Source of the DNA: Spirochaetia bacterium
GTDB lineage: Bacteria > Spirochaetota > Spirochaetia > SZUA-6 > Bin103
Reading direction: 5' to 3'
DNA: 64,000 nt
Assembly (NCBI GenBank): GCA_965203905.1
Contig: CBDBDQ010000005.1
Location: forward strand, 3,328,001 to 3,392,000
Part shown: positions 38,459 through 48,495 of the stretch, piece by piece
Layout: each line of letters opens with the position of its first letter
Position numbering within the stretch: position 1 is the first letter of the stretch
Position numbers and translations under genes: made by a program
Notes under the pieces: model-generated
The model's input: only the letters and a program-made list of their open reading frames with translations
Database searches by the model: none
Told to the model about the DNA's origin: nothing

Positions 38459-40006
38459 TCAGCCCTCCGCGACCTCGAAGGCGGTTACGTTGCGTGTCTC
38501 GCGGCTGATCTCCACCCCGATCAAGTGGATCGGCTCCCCGCGGCCGCGATACTTGTCAGCGTAACGCCGCTGGCGTAGCTGCGCGAGCGCCGAACCTGGT
38601 GGAGCCATCTCCACCACCTTGAACTCGAACAGGTAGACGTGCCCACCGGTGCGCACCGCCAGGTCCAGCCGGCCGTGGCTGCTGGATTCCTCCACCGCGA
38701 TCTCGTACCCGAGTGCCGCGAAGTAGGAATAGAACACGCTCGCGTAGTAGCCCTCGTACTTCGCGATATCGTTGCTGCTGTGCCATTCGTACGGGATGCC
38801 GGCGAAGAAGGCGTGGAACAGATCTCGCAGGCCTGCGCAATCGCCGGTCTCCAGCAGGCGCGCCAGGCGGATGCTGTTCTGCATCTGCTGTCCCGTGTCC
38901 TGCACCAGGTGGCGCAACAGGACCAGGTTCAGGCTCTGGCGGACCTCGCGGTTCGGATAGCCGAGGCGATACAGGGGCATGCCGCCCAGCTTCTCTTCCC
39001 CCGTGATCGTCAGGTAGCCGGTCTGGAACAGCAGCGCCTCGGTGCCGATGTGCTCCACGTCGAACGCCGACAGCAGATCCGCGGTGCTCACGGTCTGGTC
39101 CAGTGACACCGACGCGACCTGGCGGCTGAACAGCTTGTCCACCAGAAACGCCGGTGTCCCGGTCTCGAACCAGTGCGCCTCGAATTCGCGGCTGTCGAAC
39201 AGCAGCAGCACGTCGTAGGGGTTGTACACCTTCTCCTCGCCGCGCCAGCGGTAGCCGTTGTACCACTCGCGCACCTGGTCCCGGTCCAGGCCGGCGAGCT
39301 CGGGCGCGAACACCGTGTCCAGGTCACGCTCCGTGTACCCGCAGATCGCCGAGTAGCGCCGGTCGAGGGTGAGGTCGGTAAGGTTGTTCAGTACGGAGAA
39401 CACGCTGACCTTGGAGAACTTGCTTACTCCGGTGAGGAAGGTGAACCGTACGTGCGCGTCGCTGGCCTTGATCACTCCATACAGGCCGCGCAGGTAGTCG
39501 CGGTTGGCGCGGGCGATCTCACGTTGCTCCAGCGCGTCCAGGATCGGCTTGTCGTACTCGTCGACCAGCACCGCGACCCGCTGCCCGCTGCGCTCGTGCA
39601 GCGAACTGATCAGATAACCGAACCGCTCCGGGGTCGTTTCGTAGCGGGGGCGCACGCCGACCTGCAGCTCGATGCCGTCCAACTGCGCCGCCACGTTGGC
39701 GTGCAGAGAACCGGGCTCGACGAAGTGGCCGCGGGCGAAGTCCAGCCGCACTACCGGATGGCGCTGCGACCAGTCGTGGCGGTCGTGGATGAACAGTCCC
39801 TCGAACAGTGCCTGGTTGCCCTCGAACAGCTCCTTCAGCGTGTCCAGGAGCAGGCTCTTGCCGAACCGGCGCGGCCGGGACAGGAAGTAGTGCTTGCCAT
39901 CTTCGAGCAGCCGTTCGATGTATGCGGTTTTGTCCACATAGTAGCAGCCCCGCTCGCGCAGTTCGCAGAAGGTCTGCACCCCGATGGGCAGCCTGCGCCT
40001 GATCAT
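38459..40006 (-). CDS. AAA-ATPase-like domain plus PD-(D/E)XK nuclease (PDDEXK_9)
   Basis: LPIGVQTF, YYVDKT, FLSRPRRFGKSL, LVDEYDKP, W..TGTP, YPN.EV and GRLDL..FEFK motifs. Confidence 0.93.
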   Translation of the reverse strand: MIRRRLPIGVQTFCELRERGCYYVDKTAYIERLLEDGKHYFLSRPRRFGKSLLLDTLKELFEGNQALFEGLFIHDRHDWSQRHPVVRLDFARGHFVEPGSLHANVAAQLDGIELQVGVRPRYETTPERFGYLISSLHERSGQRVAVLVDEYDKPILDALEQREIARANRDYLRGLYGVIKASDAHVRFTFLTGVSKFSKVSVFSVLNNLTDLTLDRRYSAICGYTERDLDTVFAPELAGLDRDQVREWYNGYRWRGEEKVYNPYDVLLLFDSREFEAHWFETGTPAFLVDKLFSRQVASVSLDQTVSTADLLSAFDVEHIGTEALLFQTGYLTITGEEKLGGMPLYRLGYPNREVRQSLNLVLLRHLVQDTGQQMQNSIRLARLLETGDCAGLRDLFHAFFAGIPYEWHSSNDIAKYEGYYASVFYSYFAALGYEIAVEESSSHGRLDLAVRTGGHVYLFEFKVVEMAPPGSALAQLRQRRYADKYRGRGEPIHLIGVEISRETRNVTAFEVAEG

Positions 40007-40215
40007 CGGGTCATCCTAACCTCGTTCCCGGCAGGCTCTCAAACCCGCACTTCCGCTTCTCACATCGAAGCACACCCGCGGGTTCCGATCCGACGAGAAT
40101 CGGCTCGCCCGGCTGAAAGCTTCGCGCCCAAGATTCCCCTGTGGATGCAGCGCCTGATCATGCCGGCACGGCGCGAGCCGGAACGCGCCCCGGCATCGCA
40201 CCAGATCCCGGGCTT

Positions 40216-41532
40216 CTACCAATCGCCCAGCAGCCAGCTCGCGGCGGAAGCCCAGACCACGCCTTCCGGGAGGCGGCGCGGCGACGACGGGTCAAGCGTG
40301 ACCAGCCAGCGGCTGGCATCCTGGTACACCGACCCCGCGGCCTGGAGGGCGCGCAGTTCCCGCTCCCACGTAGCATCCTGGCTGGTCTCCAGGCACACCT
40401 GGACCAGCAGCGGCGCCTCTCCCGCACGGTGGGCGAAGAAGTCGACCTCCCAGCCCTCTTCCGTGCGCAGGTAGGAAACCTCCCAGCCGCGCCGTTCCAG
40501 TTCCAGCAGCACGGCCGTCTCCAGGGCACGGCCGTGGTGGCTGCGGCCGCTGCGCGCGAACAGGGAGATCAGGCCCGGATCCACCGGATACGCCTTGCGG
40601 GGATTGACCATGCGGCGGCGTTCGGACGCCGTGTGCAGCGAGACCGTGCGTACCAGGAAGGCATCCTCCAGGTAGCCGAGGAACTCGTGCAGGGTATCCT
40701 TGCCGACTCGCACCCCCTGGGAGCGCAGGGTGTCGTACTGCTTCTTCACCGAGAAACCGCCGCCCGGGTTGGCCAGCAACTGCCGCTGCAACCAGCGCAG
40801 GGCGAGCGGATTCGACACCGCGTGGCGGTCGATCACGTCACGCAGCACGACCACGTCGACATAGCCGGCGAGGAGCGCCGCGCGGTCTCGCGGCTCGGCG
40901 CCCTGCGCCTCGGGGAAGCCTCCCTCGACCAGATAACGCCGCAGGCGCTGGTGCAGCACTGCCGCCTCCGGCCCTGCTTCCGGCGCGGGGCCCGGACCCG
41001 GCTCGACGCCCGCGTGGCGCAGCGCTTCCCGGAAGCTGAAGGGGTGGATCAACACCTCCATTGCGCGCCCGCGGAGGCTGGTCGCTACCTCCCTGCTCAA
41101 TAGACGGGCGGAGGAGCCGGTCACGAATAACTGGACGCCGCCGGTGTCGATCAGGCGGCGTACGAGGCCCTCCCAGCCCGGAACGTACTGGATCTCGTCC
41201 AGGTACAGGGTGACGTCCCCTCGCGCGTACGACTGCGGATACCGGCGGGCGTGCTCCTCGAGCAGCCAACCGAGGTCGGCCACGGTGATGCCGGTAAGCC
41301 GCTCGTCCTCAAGCAGGAGCAGTAGCTGCGACTCGGGGGCAAGGCCGGAGTGCAAGCGCTCGGCGCGGTGCTCGGCAAGGTACGACGTCTTCCCGCTGCG
41401 CCGCACGCCGATGATCGCAAACGCCTTCCCCGAGATTGCGGGAAGCCGTACGTCGCGGCGGGTAAGGCGCCGTGGCGGCAGGGCCAGCGACTCATCGAGC
41501 TTGGAGCGCAAGAGGGCACGTGATATTGTCAT
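40216..41532 (-). CDS. AAA_14 ATPase with DUF4143 nuclease-like domain
   Basis: GVRRSGKT, LDEIQ, TGSSA, GGFPE, K.Y.VDPG and EVDF..LVQVC motifs. Confidence 0.9.
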   Translation of the reverse strand: MTISRALLRSKLDESLALPPRRLTRRDVRLPAISGKAFAIIGVRRSGKTSYLAEHRAERLHSGLAPESQLLLLLEDERLTGITVADLGWLLEEHARRYPQSYARGDVTLYLDEIQYVPGWEGLVRRLIDTGGVQLFVTGSSARLLSREVATSLRGRAMEVLIHPFSFREALRHAGVEPGPGPAPEAGPEAAVLHQRLRRYLVEGGFPEAQGAEPRDRAALLAGYVDVVVLRDVIDRHAVSNPLALRWLQRQLLANPGGGFSVKKQYDTLRSQGVRVGKDTLHEFLGYLEDAFLVRTVSLHTASERRRMVNPRKAYPVDPGLISLFARSGRSHHGRALETAVLLELERRGWEVSYLRTEEGWEVDFFAHRAGEAPLLVQVCLETSQDATWERELRALQAAGSVYQDASRWLVTLDPSSPRRLPEGVVWASAASWLLGDW

Positions 41533-41552
41533 TTCAAGAGTGACAATATCAC
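41520..41552. promoter_or_regulatory. Perfect 12-bp inverted repeat over the start of the AAA_14-DUF4143 gene
   Basis: GTGATATTGTCA-N9-TGACAATATCAC. Confidence 0.65.
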
Positions 41553-41769
41553 CTAAATACGTCCCTCTGTAAAGGTCAAAATCGCGTGCCCTGGGCTTCA
41601 AGCCGATCGACCTGGGCCTGATCGGCCTTGGCCCGGGTTTTCCGGATACGCTTCGACGGCGTTATTCGGGGACCATCGAGGACGGCGCCGAGTAACCCCG
41701 GGTAGCCGGTGTGGGCCCTGTTCGATTACATCGTCGGAGTCGCTCTCCCTACCCGTGGAATGCTCAGCG

Positions 41770-42417
41770 TCATCGGTCCTGTTGACGCGTACGCGCCGCG
41801 CGGAATGACTCCTGGACGTTGACCGAGAAACCGGACAGCAGCGCCGACCCGGCGTGCGCTCCCGGTCGGAACACGCCGTGTTCCCGGTATGTGCCGTCCG
41901 CCAGGAAGAGCACCGTCACGGTCTCGTCCAGCGGGTTGACGATCCAGTACTCGGGGATGCCCGCCTCCGCGTAGTCCAGGCGCTTGTCCACCATGTCCCG
42001 GTCGGGATTGTCCGGGCTGACTACCTCCATCACCAGGTCCGCGCCGAGCCAATAGTCGTCCCGGCAGCGCGGGTCGCCGGCGTCGCGGACGAGCAGCAGA
42101 TCCGGCTCGCGGAACTTGCCGTCGCGGATACGCAGGCGCAAGGGGGCGTAGAATGCCTCCCCGCCGCTATCGCGCACGAAAGAATCCAGGGCCCGGAACA
42201 GGAACTTCGAAATCGCCTGATGTCGTTGGGTGGGGAGGGGCAGAAACTCAATGCATCCGTCGGTGAACTCGATCAGGCGGTTGCTTTCGTTCGTCAGCCT
42301 CAGGTACTGCGCCTGGGTCCAGTACCCCTGCAACGCGGACAGGCCGGCGAGCGTGCAGTCGTCGACCGTGACGACCCGCAGTCGGTCGGTCTGTTCGGAG
42401 GCAACCGCGATGTCCAT
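41770..42417 (-). CDS. Uma2 (DUF820) family endonuclease
   Basis: IEF.DG, REPDLL, DLVMEVVSP and DKR.DYAEAGIPEYWIVNP motifs. Confidence 0.92.
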   Translation of the reverse strand: MDIAVASEQTDRLRVVTVDDCTLAGLSALQGYWTQAQYLRLTNESNRLIEFTDGCIEFLPLPTQRHQAISKFLFRALDSFVRDSGGEAFYAPLRLRIRDGKFREPDLLLVRDAGDPRCRDDYWLGADLVMEVVSPDNPDRDMVDKRLDYAEAGIPEYWIVNPLDETVTVLFLADGTYREHGVFRPGAHAGSALLSGFSVNVQESFRAARTRQQDR

Positions 42418-42602
42418 GTCAGCTTCCGTGTGTTCAATTTCCGTGCGCCGGATTGCCCTGTCAACAACCTCGGGCCTCCAGGGCCTTCATGCGCAGGGCA
42501 CTCCAGGGCGCTCGGCTCCCGCTCCAGCTTGACCGGCGCGCGGAGCGACCCGCGCCCCACGTCCTCGACGCTGATGACCTCCCACACTAAGCTGAGCGCC
42601 AC

Positions 42603-43571
42603 ATGACGCAGCCGGCCCCTGCCGCAACGGCCGCGCCGCATACTGTCGTGGCGCGGCTCGGCACCTACTTCCGCAAGCGCATCCTGCCCAACTGGGACCT
42701 GTACCTGATCGTCTCGGTGCCGGTGGCCTACATCGTCATCTTCCACTACGTGCCCATGTACGGGGCCCAGATCGCGTTCCGCAACTTCTCACCGATCAAG
42801 GGGATCTGGGGCAGCCCGTGGGTCGGGCTCGAGCACGTGGTGCGGTTCGCCGAGTCGTTCAGCTTCTGGCGCATCTTCGGCAACACCCTGGGACTGAGCA
42901 TCTACCACCTGGCGGCCGGGTTTCCCATTCCAATCATGCTGGCGCTGTCGCTCAACTACGCGCGCAGCCGCGCCTTCAAGAAGACCGTGCAACTCGTCAC
43001 CTACGCCCCGCACTTCATCTCCACGGTGGTGATCGTGGGCATGATCCTGCAGTTCCTGGCGACTCGCGGCGGCATCGTCAACGCGCTGATCGGGCTGGCC
43101 GGGATCGAGGCGGTCAACTTCATGGGCGAGCCGTCCTACTTCAAGTCGATCTACGTGTGGACGGAGGTGTGGCAGGAGACCGGGTGGGGCGCGATCATCT
43201 ACCTGGCGGCGCTGTCGGCCATCGATCCGGAGTTGCACGAGGCGGCTATCGTCGACGGTGCCAGCCGGGTGCAGCGCATCGTCCACATCGACATCCCCGG
43301 CATCCTGCCGACGGTGACCATCCTGCTGATCCTGCGCTTCGGGCGGGTCCTGTTCGTGGGCTTCGAGAAGGTGCTGCTGATGCAGAATCCGCTCAACCTG
43401 CCCTCCTCGGAGATCATCCAGACCTACGTGTACAAGATCGGGCTGGTGTCGGCGATCCCGAACTACTCCTACGCCGCGGCGATCGGCCTGTTCTCGGCGG
43501 TGATCAGCTTCGTGCTGCTGGTCCTGGTGAACCAGTTCGCCAAGCGCCTGGGGCAGACCAGCCTGTGGTAG
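42603..43571 (+). CDS. Carbohydrate ABC permease (LplB-like)
   Basis: Y.PMYG.QIAF, SPWVGL, PHFIS and IDPELHEAA.VDGA motifs. Confidence 0.92.
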   Translation: MTQPAPAATAAPHTVVARLGTYFRKRILPNWDLYLIVSVPVAYIVIFHYVPMYGAQIAFRNFSPIKGIWGSPWVGLEHVVRFAESFSFWRIFGNTLGLSIYHLAAGFPIPIMLALSLNYARSRAFKKTVQLVTYAPHFISTVVIVGMILQFLATRGGIVNALIGLAGIEAVNFMGEPSYFKSIYVWTEVWQETGWGAIIYLAALSAIDPELHEAAIVDGASRVQRIVHIDIPGILPTVTILLILRFGRVLFVGFEKVLLMQNPLNLPSSEIIQTYVYKIGLVSAIPNYSYAAAIGLFSAVISFVLLVLVNQFAKRLGQTSLW

Positions 43572-43576
43572 GACGG

Positions 43577-44593
43577 ATGGAAGGCACGCTGCAACCCTCG
43601 ACCGCCGCCCCGCCGATCCGCGAGCGCCCGGCCGCCGCCGCCTCACGGCGTCGCCTGCCGCCCATCCTGACCTTTCTTTCTCGTATCGGCGGTGGCCCGC
43701 CGATACGAGAAAGTCGCGGCGACCGGGTGTTCAATGGGTTCAACCTGCTGTTCTTGTGGGGCTGGCTGCTGGTGGTGCTGTATCCGCTGGTGTACGTGCT
43801 GAGCTCCTCGTTCTCGTCGCCGCTGGCGGTGATCACGGGGAGGGTGTGGCTGCTGCCGGTGGAGCCGGTGCTGGACGGCTACAAGGCCGTGTTCCAGAGC
43901 AGGATGGTGTGGACCGGCTACTACAACAGCATCTTCTACGCGGTGTTCGGCACCGCCATCAACGTGGTGGTGACCATCATGGCCGCCTACCCGCTGGCGC
44001 GGCGCGACTTCGTGGGGCGCAACGTCATCATGTTCCTGTTCACCTTCACCCTGTTCTTCTCCGGCGGACTGATTCCCACCTTCCTGCTGGTGCGCGACCT
44101 GGGGCTGGTCAATACGCGCTGGGCGATGCTGCTGCCGAGTGCGCTGGGAGTGTGGCACGTGATCATCACCCGTACCTACTTCCAGAGCACCCTGCCGCAG
44201 GAGCTGCTGGAGTCGGCCCAGCTCGACGGCTGCAGCAACCTGCGCTTCATCTGGGCGATCGTGCTGCCGCTGTCGAAGGCGATCGTGGCGGTGATCGCCC
44301 TGTTCTACGCGGTCAACCATTGGAACACCTTCTTTTCCGCGCTGATCTACCTGAAGGACCAGAAGCTGTTCCCGCTGCAGATCGTGCTGCGCACGATCCT
44401 GATCCAGAACCAGGTGGACGCCACCATGATGGAGGCGATCGAAGACCTGGAGCAGATGGCCGCACGCGAGCACATGGAGGCGCTGCTGAAGTACGCGTTG
44501 ATCGTGGTGGCCAGCGTGCCGGTGCTGATGGTGTACCCCTTCGTGCAGCGCTACTTCGTGAAGGGCGTGATGATCGGCGCCCTGAAGGGGTAA
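43577..44593 (+). CDS. Carbohydrate ABC permease (LplC-like)
   Basis: FSGGLIP, ELLESAQLDGC and YPFVQRYFVKGVMIGALKG motifs. Confidence 0.92.
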   Translation: MEGTLQPSTAAPPIRERPAAAASRRRLPPILTFLSRIGGGPPIRESRGDRVFNGFNLLFLWGWLLVVLYPLVYVLSSSFSSPLAVITGRVWLLPVEPVLDGYKAVFQSRMVWTGYYNSIFYAVFGTAINVVVTIMAAYPLARRDFVGRNVIMFLFTFTLFFSGGLIPTFLLVRDLGLVNTRWAMLLPSALGVWHVIITRTYFQSTLPQELLESAQLDGCSNLRFIWAIVLPLSKAIVAVIALFYAVNHWNTFFSALIYLKDQKLFPLQIVLRTILIQNQVDATMMEAIEDLEQMAAREHMEALLKYALIVVASVPVLMVYPFVQRYFVKGVMIGALKG

Positions 44594-44687
44594 CCGGTTA
44601 CACGGCTCGCGTTGTCAACCTACTTGCCACGGGGTACGGTGGATTGCGATTGCTGCGGTCGTGGCTACGGGTACCAAGGAGGCTCTT

Positions 44688-44933
44688 GTGGACTACAAAG
44701 TGCCGCTCGTAATGACTCCGCAACCTGAGGGCGGCTATACCGTGACGTCCCCCTTGTTGCCGGAGTTGATCACCGAGGGCGATTCCATTCGTGATGCGAT
44801 GGAGAATGTAAAGGATGCTTTGGCTGCGGTACTCGAGCTTTACGAAGAACTTGGACGTTCGCTACCTCAAAGCACGCAGATAACAGTCACCAGCGGCCCG
44901 GTTTGGTGTGAGACCTTGATTTCCACCGCGTGA
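44688..44933 (+). CDS. hicB: HicB family antitoxin
   Basis: EGGYTVTSP.LP.LITEGDS..DA..N..DAL motif; SD AGGAGG. Confidence 0.85.
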   Translation: MDYKVPLVMTPQPEGGYTVTSPLLPELITEGDSIRDAMENVKDALAAVLELYEELGRSLPQSTQITVTSGPVWCETLISTA

Positions 44934-45141
44934 GGTATCGGGAAGTTGCACGCAAGCTGACGCTGCTTGGATGCCGGAACAGGAGCGACGAGGAGGAGGG
45001 TCTCATCGCAAGTGGTATAACCCCGACTCCCAACGAGCCACTGTGCTTCCGGATTGGGGTAGCCGCGATCTGAAGCTGGGCACGGTTCGAGCTGCGATTC
45101 GACAGTTGGACATCGATTGGCAGGACTTTCGGCGTGCGTAG
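44930..45141 (+). pseudogene. hicA: HicA family toxin, frameshifted (212 nt)
   Basis: MRYREVARKL..LGC, then a shifted frame reading RRGGGSHRKWYNP..DLKLGTVRAAIRQL. Confidence 0.8.
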
Positions 45142-45257
45142 GTTCCCGGACCCCGGCTCCCCGGTTTGTTTGCTCGACCAAATGGCAGGTGCGGGTTAGT
45201 ATCGCCTGATCGGGATCGGCGGCGTGGTTCGCGGTGACCGGCGGGAGGAGGAGAAGC

Positions 45258-46892
45258 ATGTCACGTTCGCTGTTGTTGACGTTGTCGCTGTGCGTGGTGC
45301 TGGCCGCGGGCGCCTGGGCGGGAGGCGAGGCCGAGGGCGCCGCCGCCGCGACCGGGCCGCAGGTCACGGCGCCCGGGACCTTTCCGGTGGTCGAGGAGAT
45401 GACCACCGTGAGCGCGCTGGTGGGCGGCCATCGGCTGGTGGAGAACCTGGAGACAAACGAGTTCACCGCCAGGTACGAGGAGATGACCAACGTCCACTTC
45501 GAGTTCGACATCGCGCCCTACGGGCAGTGGGCGGAGAAGCGCAACCTGGTGCTCGCCTCCGGTGACCTGCCCGACATCTTCATGTACGTGGGCATCAACG
45601 CAACCCAGATGGTGGCCTACGGCAGCCAGGGCCTGTTCCATCCGCTGCAGGACGTGATCGCGGAACACAGCGTCCACCTCAAGAAGCTGATGGAGGAAAA
45701 GCCCTACATCGCCCAGGATCTGACCGCGCCGGACGGCAACATCTACGCCCTGCCGCAAGGTGCGGAGTGCTTCCACTGCTCTGCGCCGCGCAAGATGTGG
45801 ATCTACCAGCCGTGGCTGGACTCGCTCGGCCTGGAGATGCCGGAGACTACCGACGACTTCCTGGAGGTGCTGACGGCGTTCAAGGACGGCGACCCCAATG
45901 GCAACGGCGAGGCCGACGAGATTCCGCTGGCCGGTTACATCCGCGGCGCCCTCAACCACTTCCTGATCAGCGCCTTCGAGTACTGGGACGGCAGTCTGCT
46001 CAAGATCGAGGACGGCACCATCCGCTTCGTCGCCGACAGCGAGGCGTTCCGCGACGGCGTACGCTACATGAAGCAACTCCACGACGCCGGCGTGCTGGCG
46101 CCCGAGAGCTTCACCATGGACAACAAGCAGCTCAAGCAGCTCGGCGAGAATCCCGACGTCGAGATCCTCGGTGCCGCGCCGGCGCTGTGGTACGGCGTGT
46201 TCGCCACCAACTTCGGGCCCTCGGGCCGCTTCCTGAACTGGCGCGTGGTGCCGCCGCTCACCGGGCCGAGCGGGCTCAAGATGGCGGTCACGGCACCGTT
46301 CCGGGTGCAGCCTCACACCCTGGTGAGCCACGTCTACGACCATCCCGCGGTGATCGTGCGCTGGGCCGACTGGCTCTACTCGATGGAGGGCAACCGCAAC
46401 GCCAACGTGGGCGTGGAGGGCAAGGACTGGCGCCGCTCCAAGCCGGGCGAGGTGAACTACAACGGCAATCCGGCGATGTTCTTCGTCGAGCCGCACGTCA
46501 AGTACGAGATGCAGAACCAGCGCTGGCTGCACGTCGGCCCGCACTTCAACTCCCGCGAGCTGCGCCAGGGCGGGGCCACTACCCCGGAGATCATGGAGAA
46601 GGGACAGGAGCGGCGCCTCTACCAGTGGACCGACGAGTTCTACCACCCCTACAAGTACGCCGAGTTCATGCCCAACCTGATCTTCGGCGAGGCCGATGCG
46701 CTGGAGCTGGGGCAGATCGAGCCGGCCCTGAAGGATGCGGTCGACTCCGCCATTGCCCGCTTCGTGACCGGCAACCTGAGCCTGGACGACGACTGGGACG
46801 GCTACGTGCGCGAGCTGGAGGGCCTGGGCCGCGCACGCTACCTGGAACTCTACCAGCAGGCACTGGACGCCAAGCGGGCGGCGACCCAGTAG
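45258..46892 (+). CDS. Extracellular solute-binding protein, family 1
   Basis: Signal peptide; LASGDLPD, PDGNIYALP and AFKDGDPNGNG.ADEIP motifs. Confidence 0.92.
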   Translation: MSRSLLLTLSLCVVLAAGAWAGGEAEGAAAATGPQVTAPGTFPVVEEMTTVSALVGGHRLVENLETNEFTARYEEMTNVHFEFDIAPYGQWAEKRNLVLASGDLPDIFMYVGINATQMVAYGSQGLFHPLQDVIAEHSVHLKKLMEEKPYIAQDLTAPDGNIYALPQGAECFHCSAPRKMWIYQPWLDSLGLEMPETTDDFLEVLTAFKDGDPNGNGEADEIPLAGYIRGALNHFLISAFEYWDGSLLKIEDGTIRFVADSEAFRDGVRYMKQLHDAGVLAPESFTMDNKQLKQLGENPDVEILGAAPALWYGVFATNFGPSGRFLNWRVVPPLTGPSGLKMAVTAPFRVQPHTLVSHVYDHPAVIVRWADWLYSMEGNRNANVGVEGKDWRRSKPGEVNYNGNPAMFFVEPHVKYEMQNQRWLHVGPHFNSRELRQGGATTPEIMEKGQERRLYQWTDEFYHPYKYAEFMPNLIFGEADALELGQIEPALKDAVDSAIARFVTGNLSLDDDWDGYVRELEGLGRARYLELYQQALDAKRAATQ

Positions 46893-46922
46893 CGTGGCGC
46901 AGTCGCAGTAGAGCGAACGTCG

Positions 46923-48275
46923 ATGGCACGGCAGCCCAACTTCGTATTCATCTTCGCCGACGACTGGGGATGGGGCGACCTGGGCTGCTACGGCCACGAC
47001 ACCATCCGCACGCCGCACCTCGACCGGCTGGCGAGCGAGGGGCGGCTGTTCAGCCAGTTCTACGTCTGCTCGGGGGTGTGCTCGCCGAGCCGCAGCGCGG
47101 TGATGACCGGGCGCTTCCCGGCGCGCGACCGCATCCACGGCCACCTGGCCGAGCACGAGATGAACCGCCGGCGGGGCATGCCCGACTGGCTGGACCCCGG
47201 CGCCGCGACCTACACCCGGCTGCTGCAGCAGGCCGGCTACCGGGTCGGCCACTTCGGCAAGTGGCACCTGGGGAACGGACCCGGCGCTCCCGAGCCGAGC
47301 GCCTACGGCATCGACGAGTCGTTCGTCAACGCCGGCGAGGGGCCGCAGCTGGAGTTCGCCCGCGAGCGCTGGGCGCCGGGCCTGCGCATCCGCTCCAGCG
47401 AGTTCATCGTGAACCACGCCATGCGCTTCATCGAGCGCCATCGCGACCAGCCGTTCCTGGTCAACGCGTGGCTCAACGATACCCACGCCATCCTCGACCC
47501 GACACGGGAGCAGCTCGAGAGCTACCGCGACACCGGACCTCAGCTCGTCGACTACCCGGGGGCCACGGCGATCTACTACGCCACCGCCACCGAGGCGGAT
47601 CGCCAGATCGGGCGCCTGCTGGAGCGCCTCGACGAGCTCGGCCTGGCGGACGACACGGTGGTGATCTTCTCCTCGGACAACGGCCCGGAGGACATCCTCG
47701 TGCGCAACGCCGCGCACAGCGGGGTGGGCAGCGCCGGGCCGTTCCGCGGCCGCAAGCGCAGCCTGTACGAGGGTGGAGTACGGGTGCCGTTCATCCTGCG
47801 CTGGCCGGCGGGCGGCGGTCCGCGCGGGGCGGTAGACGACGCCACGCCGCTGTGCGCGGTGGATCTGCTGCCCACCTTCTGCCGGCTGGCGGGGGTGGAG
47901 CCGCCGTCACCGCTGCTGCTCGACGGCGAGGACATGAGCGACGTGTTCGCCGGCGCTACCCGGGAGCGGCGCACGCCGCTGCTGTGGGAGTGGCGCTTCC
48001 GCATCGTCGGCCACGTGCTCAACCGCAGCCCGATGCTGGCGCTGCGCGACGGACCGTGGAAGCTGCTGGTCAACCCCGACCGCGAGCGCCTGGAGCTCTA
48101 TCACGTGCCCTCCGATCCGATGGAGCTGGACAACCGCGCGCGCGATGAACGCGGCCTGGCGGACGAGCTGGCCGACCGCGTGGTGGCCTGGCAGGCGGAG
48201 TTGCCGGAGGGCCCGGTCGACCCGGACGCCGGCACCAACACCTACCCCTGGCCGCAGCCGTCGCAGCAGCGCTGA
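46923..48275 (+). CDS. Sulfatase (Cys-type)
   Basis: PNFVFIFADDWGWGDLGCYG, CSPSR, GKWHLG, SDNGP and YEGGVRVP motifs. Confidence 0.94.
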   Translation: MARQPNFVFIFADDWGWGDLGCYGHDTIRTPHLDRLASEGRLFSQFYVCSGVCSPSRSAVMTGRFPARDRIHGHLAEHEMNRRRGMPDWLDPGAATYTRLLQQAGYRVGHFGKWHLGNGPGAPEPSAYGIDESFVNAGEGPQLEFARERWAPGLRIRSSEFIVNHAMRFIERHRDQPFLVNAWLNDTHAILDPTREQLESYRDTGPQLVDYPGATAIYYATATEADRQIGRLLERLDELGLADDTVVIFSSDNGPEDILVRNAAHSGVGSAGPFRGRKRSLYEGGVRVPFILRWPAGGGPRGAVDDATPLCAVDLLPTFCRLAGVEPPSPLLLDGEDMSDVFAGATRERRTPLLWEWRFRIVGHVLNRSPMLALRDGPWKLLVNPDRERLELYHVPSDPMELDNRARDERGLADELADRVVAWQAELPEGPVDPDAGTNTYPWPQPSQQR

Positions 48276-48389
48276 ACACAACGCCGCGTGGGTGACCTCC
48301 AGTACAATGGACACGTCCGATTCGAGACAGAGGTGAACTCTACGCCCGTCCCGTCTTGGTTGGCACTCGCCGGAGTGCACCCGTAGTCG

Positions 48390-48443
48390 CGTCGTCGATC
48401 GGGGATCCTTCAACGCGTAGACGTAGTACAAGTTCGTGGCCAC
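48390..48443 (-). pseudogene. N-terminal scrap of a GIY-YIG nuclease gene
   Basis: GTG start reading MATNLYYVYALKDPR; YYVY.L.DPR is the typical start of LEM-3-like GIY-YIG proteins. No continuation. Confidence 0.5.
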
Positions 48444-48495
48444 CTTGAATTCCGCTGAGCCAAGCCGCCCAATTCGCACGCCGGGCGAGCGCCGA

